DNA from: Candidatus Babeliales bacterium
GTDB taxonomy: Bacteria; Babelota; Babeliae; Babelales; JANWKD01
Direction of reading: 5' to 3'
DNA length: 64,000 nucleotides
Assembly (NCBI GenBank): GCA_963722255.1
Contig: CAVRJO010000001.1
Location: forward strand, 640,001 to 704,000
Shown here one piece after another: positions 1 through 7,861 of this stretch; the first letter of the stretch is position 1, and each line of letters opens with the position of its first letter. The notes beneath the pieces are model-generated. The model was not told the origin of the DNA and ran no database searches. It saw only the letters and a program-made list of their open reading frames with translations. A program made the translations under genes and the position numbers.

Positions 1-600
1 AATATCTGAAGCGCCACGCTTAACTGCTTGCACAAAAATATGATTCACCAATTTAATAATGGGTGCTTCGCCAGCCATGGTAAGAATATCTTTATCTTCA
101 ATATCCTCAAACTCCATCGCTTCAGGCATACCTTTTTCTTCTTCAAGCTCTTCAATCATTTGCTTGGTGCCTTCAAGCGGATAGTAGCGATTAATTCCAT
201 CAATGATGACTGATGCGGGGGCTACGGCTTTTTGAACATCTCCACCAAGCAACATAGTCAACTCATCAAGAGGTTGAAAGAGTGTGGGATTTGAGGTAAG
301 CAATGTTGTAACACCATCTATGACCACCGGCATTATACTATTTTGGCGCAAGAACTTAAGAGGAATTTTGCCAAGCAAGGCAGGGTCCGCCATCTTTTCA
401 GTAACTTTATCTATATAGGGAAGATTAGTTTGCTCTGCATAGGCACGAGCAATATCTTCTTGAGTAACAAACTGCATCTCAATTAAGCAATCAATAAGAG
501 ATTGACCCGAAGTTTCTATTTTTGTACTACATTCTTGCAGCTGTTCTTTGCTCATAATGCCTTTATCAAGCAAAATAGACGGTATATCTTTTTTTATCAT
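1..600 (-). CDS. gspE: GspE/PilB-family secretion ATPase, N-terminal part (runs off window start)
   Basis: Manual translation from ATG at 600: MIKKDIPSILLDKGIMSKEQLQEC...EAPIIKLVNHIFVQAVKRGASDI. The APII.LVN...A...ASDI motif is typical of GspE/PilB, with a degenerate MshEN-like N-terminus. Not in the ORF track. Confidence 0.85.
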   Translation of the reverse strand, partial: MIKKDIPSILLDKGIMSKEQLQECSTKIETSGQSLIDCLIEMQFVTQEDIARAYAEQTNLPYIDKVTEKMADPALLGKIPLKFLRQNSIMPVVIDGVTTLLTSNPTLFQPLDELTMLLGGDVQKAVAPASVIIDGINRYYPLEGTKQMIEELEEEKGMPEAMEFEDIEDKDILTMAGEAPIIKLVNHIFVQAVKRGASDI

Positions 601-830
601 TATCTGCCCCCACCACACATCAATTGAATAACCATTGTAGAAAACTTTCACTCTAAAACAATTTCTTTTAGCATACTACCTTACACAAATAAGATACCAG
701 ATTTTTTATTTTCTGTGTGAATGATGTGTATAAATAGTTTCAAATATTGGGTAGAAATGACGGCCTTGCCGCTTACCTGAAGGTATGCTAAGATAATAAA
801 GAGAATTCTCTGTTTATACTTTGAGGAATC

Positions 831-1715
831 ATGATATCATTAAAATCTAAAATCAACCATTTTCTAGCACTCCTACTCTTAGTTGCAATCCTGCCTTCAT
901 GCAAACAAGATCAACCTAAAAAAGCCACTCGCCGTATGCAACAGCGCCAAACAAAAGGTGTTCCGGATAAAAATAAGATTACACAACCGGCTGTTGCTCG
1001 TAAAAACCCTAAAACGCTCTCCATGGCGGAACTCCAAATAGCAAAAGAGTATAGCGAAGCCCTTGATAACAAAGCTCAAACCATCGTTTACCTTGAAAAT
1101 ATGGTAAAGCAATGTTCAGATCCGGCAATGCTTAAAGAAATTTATCTAGAATTAGCAGATTTGTATTTTGAACAAGGTTCTATGGATCTTGCTGCTAAAC
1201 TTTATTCTTCTTATGTTGCACTTTACCCTGGAAGCCCTGAAAGAGCGTATGTACATTACCAAGCAATCTTGTGTAGATTTTATACTACCTTTAGCCATGA
1301 TCGCGATCAGACAAAAACTGAAGAAACTCTACAACTCACACAATTGTATATGGATATGGCAACAAAACAGGGCGAACTCTATAAAGAATATTGTGATGAT
1401 GTGGCTTCAATACAAAAACAATGCTGTAAAAAACTCTATGCTCACGAACTCGATATTTTTAATTTTTACTACAAAAAAGGTAATTATAAAGCTGCACAAG
1501 TTCATCTTGATGAGATCAAAAGAGTATATCTTAGCCTCCTCAATGAAGAGATTGAACCGGACCTTCTTGCCCTAGAATGCAATTTAGCAACACGATTAGG
1601 CGACACAAAAATGGTTGTAACAAAGCAAGCTGAATTACAAGCAAAATATCCTCATTTGTCAACCTTAAAACTTGCAGCAAATAATCCTAAAACAGATCAT
1701 GTTACGCGATTCTAA
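831..1715 (+). CDS. bamD: Outer membrane protein assembly factor BamD (TPR lipoprotein)
   Basis: Lipobox LPSC; TPR helices; YP.S..., DRDQ..T and FY...G.Y.AA segments typical of BamD/ComL. Confidence 0.8.
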   Translation: MISLKSKINHFLALLLLVAILPSCKQDQPKKATRRMQQRQTKGVPDKNKITQPAVARKNPKTLSMAELQIAKEYSEALDNKAQTIVYLENMVKQCSDPAMLKEIYLELADLYFEQGSMDLAAKLYSSYVALYPGSPERAYVHYQAILCRFYTTFSHDRDQTKTEETLQLTQLYMDMATKQGELYKEYCDDVASIQKQCCKKLYAHELDIFNFYYKKGNYKAAQVHLDEIKRVYLSLLNEEIEPDLLALECNLATRLGDTKMVVTKQAELQAKYPHLSTLKLAANNPKTDHVTRF

Positions 1716-2094
1716 AATAGTGTCAACCAGATCAGTGTTAGGCAATGCGGGAGAGCAAGCCGTAGGAGATCTGTTACAAAAAAACGGATTTACTCTTATA
1801 TGTTATAATTTTCGTTCTCGTGGTGGTGAAGTTGACATTATAGCACGACGCGGTGAGCTTGTTTGTTTTGTTGAAGTAAAAGCACGTACGAAAGATTATT
1901 TTAACAGCTCCAATCTTATTACTCCCTCTAAGCAGAAAAAGATCATTTACACTGCACGATTATTTTGCCTCAAAAAGAAGATTTCCGATGCTATTCTTCG
2001 CTTCGATGTTGCTTTGGTAAGACCTGTTGGTACCACTTTTGATATTACTTATATTCCTAATGCATTTTGCCATGAAAGTATGAACAGCTTATGA
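1699..2094 (+). CDS. yraN: YraN/UPF0102 family putative endonuclease
   Basis: LG..GE..., N.R...GEVDIIA, FVEVKAR and RFDV motifs. Start uncertain (1672/1699/1720). Confidence 0.9.
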   Translation: MLRDSKIVSTRSVLGNAGEQAVGDLLQKNGFTLICYNFRSRGGEVDIIARRGELVCFVEVKARTKDYFNSSNLITPSKQKKIIYTARLFCLKKKISDAILRFDVALVRPVGTTFDITYIPNAFCHESMNSL

Positions 2095-2726
2095 AAAACG
2101 AACTTATTAAACGATGCATTACCGGTACTATGCTTGGACTTGGATTATGGTATCTATTCTTTTACGCACAACCAATAGTATTTTCTGCGCTATTGCTATT
2201 CATTCTCGTTCTGATTCTTTTTACCGAAATGCCGCGTATTTATAATTACAAAAAACCAATTGCCTGGATTGCCACACTGCTATATCCTATTGCTCCTTTT
2301 CTTATGCTCATAGGATTTAATCAACACAAACACACACGGATGCTTGTTTTTACTATTTTTGTACTCAGCTTTGCCAATGATGTTGGTGCCTATTTTATTG
2401 GAAAACTTTTGGGTAAGCATAAACTCTGCCCTTCATTAAGTCCTAAAAAAACAATTGAAGGTTTTATTGGCGGATGGATTGCCATCCTTATACTCTTTCC
2501 ATTCTTTTTCTCCACCTCAATGCCTTATGCAGTTCTTGGTAGTTTTATCTGCGCAGCTGTCGCCACTCTTGGCGATCTTTTTGAATCCTGGTTAAAGCGT
2601 AGAGCGCGCGTTAAAGATTCTGGGGCTCTACTTCCCGGCCATGGCGGACTACTTGATCGTTTTGATAGTATTTTGGCAGTAACAATCCTTATTTATTTGT
2701 GCAAAAATCTTTTAGCGTTCAGATAG
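2091..2726 (+). CDS. cdsA: Phosphatidate cytidylyltransferase
   Basis: SPKKTIEG and GDLFESWLKR...KDSG.LLPGHGGLLDRFDS signature. Confidence 0.95.
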   Translation: MKNELIKRCITGTMLGLGLWYLFFYAQPIVFSALLLFILVLILFTEMPRIYNYKKPIAWIATLLYPIAPFLMLIGFNQHKHTRMLVFTIFVLSFANDVGAYFIGKLLGKHKLCPSLSPKKTIEGFIGGWIAILILFPFFFSTSMPYAVLGSFICAAVATLGDLFESWLKRRARVKDSGALLPGHGGLLDRFDSILAVTILIYLCKNLLAFR

Positions 2727-3008
2727 TAAAGCGTAAGTAACAGAAATCAGGGTACTTAATTTAGGGTTTCCCGTTGCCGATAGCGTCTTATAAAGGCTTT
2801 CTCGACCCAGACCTGTTTTTATTGCCAATTTAGAGATCCCACCTTGCGCTTCTGCTATATTTTTAAGCGCTAAAAGTAAAAGCTTTTGAGCTTCTTGCTC
2901 ATCACAACTCTTACATTCTTCTAGAACCGCATTAAAGTAAGCTTTTGCTTCTTTAGGTTTTTTTATTGACTGAATTAATAGTTCATTTAAATTTTTACTT
3001 CTTGCCAT
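2712..3008 (-). CDS. Putative addiction module antidote protein (HI1420-like HTH antitoxin)
   Basis: ALKNIAEAQGGISKLAIKTGLGRESLYKTLSATGNPKLST matches the family pattern; lies directly downstream of the toxin gene. Confidence 0.9.
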   Translation of the reverse strand: MARSKNLNELLIQSIKKPKEAKAYFNAVLEECKSCDEQEAQKLLLLALKNIAEAQGGISKLAIKTGLGRESLYKTLSATGNPKLSTLISVTYALLSER

Positions 3009-3334
3009 AGTTTTTTCCTCTCACTTGATAATCATGTAAATATTCTTGAGCTTTCTCAATATCCCTTTTCTGTGTTCTTTTGGTTCCACTACACAAGAGT
3101 AAAAGAATAGTAGCACCTACTACACTATAATAAATTCGATAACCGGGCCCCGAATCTATCTTTATCTCACTAAATTCCATTTCCAAGTAATTTACAACAG
3201 CTGAAGTTGCCAAGCCCTACTCTTTCAAGCTTAGCAATAATTAAGTATTTAACCGTGCTATCTTGCTTTTCAAGCCATTCATAGAATGGCAAACTTTTAT
3301 TTTTTGTTTCATAAATTTTTATAGTATAACTCAT
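2995..3334 (-). pseudogene. RelE/ParE-type addiction module killer protein (HI1419-like), frameshifted
   Basis: ATG at 3334 gives MSYTIKIYETKNKSLPFYEWLEKQD...LERVGLGNFSCCKLLGNGI. One extra T near 3172-3175 separates it from SEIKIDSGPGYRIYY...QKRDIEKA. May be a sequencing indel. Confidence 0.8.
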
Positions 3335-3482
3335 TATGGCTCCTCACTCACCACCTATTGTATTCTAAAGGATACAATAACGCAATAGTTTTATTATAGG
3401 GGTAAAAAAATCGACAAATATGATATTTTTGATAGAATTATAGAGCAAATCATGATTTTTTATTTAAAATATAAGGAAAAAA

Positions 3483-3584
3483 ATGTTCACAGCTAAAAAA
3501 TTTCTTTTAATATTTTTTGCAACAACATCTTTTTTGCCTTTAAAAGGTATGGACGTATCTGAAAGGATGGTCAAGCCTTCATAA
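3483..3584 (+). pseudogene. Signal-peptide-only ORF remnant (MFTAKKFLLIFFATTSFLPLKG-MDVSERMVKPS)
   Basis: AAGGA upstream; Sec-like leader ending in G-M-D like other secreted proteins here; stop after 33 aa. Confidence 0.45.
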
Positions 3585-3594
3585 AAAGGCAACA

Positions 3595-4176
3595 ATGCTT
3601 AAAAACTTATTTTTAAGAATCTGCTTAACATTCATAATTGCGGTTAATTTTTCTCATTCACAAAGTATGAGTTTGAAAGAGTTGGCTACCAGTGAGCCTG
3701 CAAAAATTTTCTGCGCTACAACAGCACTTTTAGGAAGTTCATTACTTTGTCCTATTATTGCAAAATGTGAAATGAAAAGAATACAATTAGAATTTGAAGA
3801 TAAAACTTACACCCAAATTATACGTACAGAAGCTCCTAACCTATTATCAAGATTTCTTAAAGAAAGCCTTCCAATTAGTTTAGTAACAGCAGGTTATTCT
3901 TATTTTGATTTTTCACCAAAAATTACCCTTTTAAGCTTGATTACATCTGGAATAACTGTAGCCCTATTTTCTATATATGATCACGGAAACTCGTATCAAA
4001 AAGAAGCTCCTGACTATCCTGGTGGACTAGAAGCAAAAGTTAGGATGGTTGGTCACCTAATGAATTTTCCAGATAGACTTCATGAGGCTTTATCAATTAA
4101 CTTGTTTCTTTTTATCCCTTATCATCTATTTTCAAATTTAAAAAATAGAATAATTTTGCGTCTATCTGCTAACTAA
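3595..4176 (+). CDS. Hypothetical exported/membrane protein
   Basis: 193-aa ORF with signal-like N-terminus and several hydrophobic segments; layout loosely like 62099..62692. Confidence 0.7.
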   Translation: MLKNLFLRICLTFIIAVNFSHSQSMSLKELATSEPAKIFCATTALLGSSLLCPIIAKCEMKRIQLEFEDKTYTQIIRTEAPNLLSRFLKESLPISLVTAGYSYFDFSPKITLLSLITSGITVALFSIYDHGNSYQKEAPDYPGGLEAKVRMVGHLMNFPDRLHEALSINLFLFIPYHLFSNLKNRIILRLSAN

Positions 4177-4314
4177 TTCAAAAAATTATTCTCATTTTTT
4201 ATTCACGTGATCCTTCCCTCTGGCATAATAGAGCCGCCACTAAAGCGATGCCGAAGTAAATAGCTTCGTTGAGCAAGCTCTACCTATTTGGCTTAAAAGG
4301 AATTTAATATTACT

Positions 4315-4510
4315 TACTGGATTTCCGAGCCGACGCTTATCCAGGCTTTCCTACTTCGCTCTTATGGAGCTTCCGACGTCGCTTTATTACTTTGAGTATG
4401 CAAATCTCTAGTTATACAAGCTATGACAGACATGTCGAAGGACGTGTACGGCTTGGCAATCTATGGCGGACACGCACGCACTTCACTACGAGAAGCTCCT
4501 CTGAATGACA
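4315..4510. repeat. Palindromic element (CTGGAT...TGAC type) with nested mini-hairpin insertions
   Basis: TTACTGGATTTCC...CTCTGAATGACAA frame enclosing AGCCGACGCTTATCCAGGC.TTCCTACTTCGCTC, shared with 57422-57583. Confidence 0.75.
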
Positions 4511-4613
4511 ATGGTGTTTATAATATTGTTGTGTGCTTTGTGCTATAGCTACGCAATTGTTATTCATGTTTGATGCTATCGCCACAATAGAAAATGATGC
4601 TATAACCCTCGAT

Positions 4614-4772
4614 TGTCATTCAGAGCTCACGCTATTCGTGAGCGTGGAATCCAGTAATAAAAATTGAAAGTCCAAATAAATCTTTCAAGATTTTAAAACA
4701 TCAAAAAAATTAATTTTTTTTCATAGGATTTTATTATTTAACTGGATCCCACGCCTGCGGCTCTGGATGACA
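4614..4772. repeat. ~160-bp bipartite palindromic repeat (TGTCAT..GAG-hairpin-GG(A)ATCCAG / AT-rich spacer / CTGGATCC-hairpin-CTCTGGATGACA)
   Basis: Close copy at 18921-19077; half copies at 6184-6217, 51393-51430 and 57540-57583. Confidence 0.85.
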
Positions 4773-5166
4773 GTTTTGCTTTTATTATTTTTTTACAAGG
4801 CATACATTTATATGCTAAAAACAGGATTTAAATGAACCTCACATCTATAAATATCTCCGCGACATGGCGGATTGCTTGATAGTATTTTAGCCGTAACAGT
4901 TTTGGTGTATGTATGCAAAGCATATGTGAAAATCTAAAAAACAACATTCGCAAACTATGGAAATGTATTTAGCATTCATTGTAAAATAAAAAATATGGTA
5001 TAATAAAGCACTTAAATTCGATATGAAAACTACATTTAAAAATTAATTGCATAGTATTCTTGTAAAAGAAAAATAAACTAATAATGTCATTGGAAGCACA
5101 TGTATCCTGTCCATCAAAGCCTTACGCAAAGTCGAATGACAACCCAGTCATAAAAGAGAACAATCA

Positions 5167-5888
5167 ATGGTTAAAAATAATAATACCCACATAAAATCAA
5201 TATCATCGCAAGAATATACCAAAACCCTAGCTTATCTTAAAAAACAGATTCAAGAATCTCAAATAAAGGCTATGATCTCGGCCAATAAAGAACTCATTAA
5301 GCTCTATTGGACCATTGGGGAAACTATCGCAATAAAACAAGAAAAAGATGGTTGGGGAGCAAATGTTATTGAAAAACTGGCCAAGGACCTTCAAACTGAA
5401 TTCCCCGGTTTAGCAGGTTTTTCCAGATCGAATATCTTTCGAATGCAAGCACTCTTTGCAGCTTATGAAAAAGTCACACAAGCTGTGCGACAAATTTATG
5501 ACCTTCCGATATTTAATATACCTTGGGGACATAATGTAATTCTCATTCAAAAGATAAAGAATACTGAAGAAAGGTTATGGTATGCTCGTAAGATGTTGGC
5601 CAACTTAATTTTTATCTATCTGCAGTAGATGATTTAATTCGGAATCCAGAAAATAAACCAACTATTGGATTATTGTTATGTAAAACAAAGAAAAACTTTA
5701 CTGCTGAATATGCTTTACGAAATATCAGTTCACCAATAGGCATAGCAGAATATCAGACAGAGATAATAAAGAAGTTACCTAAAAATCTTAAGAGTAGTTT
5801 ACCAACAATTGAAGAAATTGAAGCCGAACTGGAAAAAACAGAAGCCATAGCAAAACTTGAGCAAAAATCTACAAAAGCAAAATTATGA
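5167..5888 (+). pseudogene. YhcG/DUF1016 family PD-(D/E)XK protein, internally deleted
   Basis: N-terminal A...N.EL..LYW.IG..I, WG..VI..LA.DL, GFS..N...M and IPWGHN are joined out of frame at ~5588 to C-terminal DVGQLNFYLSAVDD...PTIGLLLCK...EYAL...LPTIEEIE. The middle region is missing. Confidence 0.85.
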
Positions 5889-5964
5889 ACTTCTACAGCA
5901 ATGACAATCGTGAATCTATTGCTATTCAAAAGCATTTTTATTATCGAACTCACGTTAATTTATT

Positions 5965-6130
5965 TCCTTTGAGCCCAACCGTTGAAGGATTCGCAGCACG
6001 TACGTGCGCGTGTCCGTCGAAGCCTTGGCGAAGTCGGAAGAATCCGCCTTTTGGGCGACAGAGTGATACATAAGAGATTCTTCTCTTATGTGCCCTTGTT
6101 AAAGGTATTGGGCAAGCAATACCTTTATAA
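5965..6130 (+). repeat. Class II structured repeat copy (GCCCAA-CCGTTGAA-stem...GCCT-TTTGGGC-GACAGAG-hairpin...AGGTATTG/CAATACCT hairpin)
   Basis: Homologous to 51490-51733 (+) and 57192-57410 (-). Confidence 0.8.
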
Positions 6131-6183
6131 ATAAAAAATTTTAGTAATAATTTTTAACAAAAAAATAGGACTTTTATTTTAAT

Positions 6184-6217
6184 TACTGGATCCCACGCCT
6201 GCGGCTCTGGATGACAA
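6184..6217. repeat. Half copy of CTGGATCC...CTCTGGATGACA palindrome
   Basis: ACTGGATCCCACGCCTGCGGCTCTGGATGACA is identical to 4741-4772. Confidence 0.85.
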
Positions 6218-6291
6218 CTTTGCGATTACTATCATTTTTATCATTACAAAAAAGTGGGTATGCCTTAGTAAATATTATTATAAAAAAAATT

Positions 6292-7545
6292 TTATTGTTT
6301 TAAATAATCTGCAACTGCAACTTGATCAACAAGCTCTTCTTGTCCCGTTACCATCTTTTTAACCATAACTTTTCGTTGCGCTTGTTCTTCAGAGCCAATA
6401 ATAAGAACATGCGCAGCTCCCATTTTATTTGCTCGTTTCATCTTATTCTTCATTGAATCATCATCAACAAAAAGATCAACGCATATATCTTGCGCCTGCA
6501 ATTCATCAGCAAGCAATAGGGCAAGCGATTGTTGTTCAGCGCCCATGGGGATGATAACCTGTAATGGCGGTTCTTGCTCTAAAGGCAAACTATTCACCAT
6601 AGGCTCAAGAAGAAGAATTAAACGTTCAATACCACATGAGGCACCAACGGAAGGAACATCAGGTGAAGCACCTAATTGCGATGCAAGGCGATTATAACGT
6701 CCACCACCACAAAAGGCAGCTTGAGCGCCCAGATTAGCACTTGAGAACTCAAAAACTGTTTTATCATAATAATCAAGGCCACGGACTAATAACGGAGAAT
6801 AGCTAAATGAAATAGAAAGCGTGTGTAATGCATCCTGCACCTGGTGCCATTCATGCTCACATGAAGCACAAAGATTATCTGCAATATGAGGAGCTTTACG
6901 ATATTGCTCTTGGCATGTTTCTACCTTACAATCAAAAACTCGCATAAGATTATGTTCTTTGCGTATTAAACAGTTTTGACATAAAGCATCCTGCACTGAA
7001 CTTACATAATCATACAATATGGTTCTAAATCGTGCGCGATCATCAGCACAACCCAAAAAGTTAATCATTAATGCATAGGTGTCAAGATTAAACTTTTCTT
7101 GAAACATTCGATCTAACATTTTAATAAGTTGAACGTCTTGCGCCACACTCGAGGAACCAATAACCTCAAAAGTAGCTTGATGAAATTGTCGGAAACGACC
7201 TTTTTGAGGGCGTTCATAACGAAACATAGGCCCGATGGAAAAAACTTTCCAAGGAGTTACAATTTCTTGAGAATGCTCTAAATATGCCCGCATCATTGCT
7301 GCAGTTGCTTCCGGACGAAGGCAAAGTGAATCAGGTTCAGCTTGATTACCAACCAAAAACATTTCTTTACTCACCACATCAGTTTGCAGTCCCAAAGATC
7401 GTTTAAATAGTTCAGTATGCTCTAAAATGGGTGTCTCAATTTGTTTAAAATGGTAGATGCGCATCTGCTGCTGAATTATATTCGTTATAAAATTAAAAAG
7501 TCGTAAATCCAAAAAATCATGTGTTCCTTTAACGCGAGAAACCAT
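6292..7545 (-). CDS. hisS: Histidine--tRNA ligase
   Basis: KGTHDF, LRPEAT, FRYERPQKGRFRQFHQ, VRGLDYY, GGGRY, GIERL. Likely start MVSRVKG at 7545. Confidence 0.97.
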   Translation of the reverse strand: MVSRVKGTHDFLDLRLFNFITNIIQQQMRIYHFKQIETPILEHTELFKRSLGLQTDVVSKEMFLVGNQAEPDSLCLRPEATAAMMRAYLEHSQEIVTPWKVFSIGPMFRYERPQKGRFRQFHQATFEVIGSSSVAQDVQLIKMLDRMFQEKFNLDTYALMINFLGCADDRARFRTILYDYVSSVQDALCQNCLIRKEHNLMRVFDCKVETCQEQYRKAPHIADNLCASCEHEWHQVQDALHTLSISFSYSPLLVRGLDYYDKTVFEFSSANLGAQAAFCGGGRYNRLASQLGASPDVPSVGASCGIERLILLLEPMVNSLPLEQEPPLQVIIPMGAEQQSLALLLADELQAQDICVDLFVDDDSMKNKMKRANKMGAAHVLIIGSEEQAQRKVMVKKMVTGQEELVDQVAVADYLKQ

Positions 7546-7630
7546 ATCCAGAGCCTTTATTATAAGAGTATGAAAGCGCAGACAGTACACCTATAAGTTT
7601 ATCAGATTAAAAAAAAATTATAAATTTTTT

Positions 7631-7800
7631 AAAAAATAGTTGACATTGCTTCGAATAAACTGTTACAACACGTTCAAAGAGGTGTAATAAAATTATAAAA
7701 AAGGAGCGGCCTATGAAATAAATTGGTATCGCACTATACAACCTAAAAAAAAGAAATTTAAAAAATAGTTGACTCTTCATGATTAAAATTGTTAGTACAT
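7631..7800 (+). promoter_or_regulatory. Tandemly duplicated promoter-like block upstream of the Cys-rich OMP
   Basis: AAAAAATAGTTGACA...TGTTACAACA (7631-7670) and AAAAATAGTTGACT...TGTTAGTACA (7761-7799), with the same spacing. Confidence 0.5.
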
Positions 7801-7861
7801 ATAGTGAGAAAAAAGTAAGTAAGGTAATTTTCTTTTTAACACTTCCAAAAAAGGAGTATTT

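Noticed and set aside
28..213. 61-aa plus-strand ORF
   Set aside because: Antisense to the gspE/pilB reading frame.
2995..3334. Programmed frameshift control of the toxin
   Set aside because: Only a short T run, and similar single-base errors occur elsewhere, so a sequencing error or simple inactivation is more likely.
4200..5160. tRNA or known riboswitch in the long GC-richer intergenic region
   Set aside because: No cloverleaf/T-loop or recognisable aptamer; the GC-rich parts are explained by palindromic repeats.
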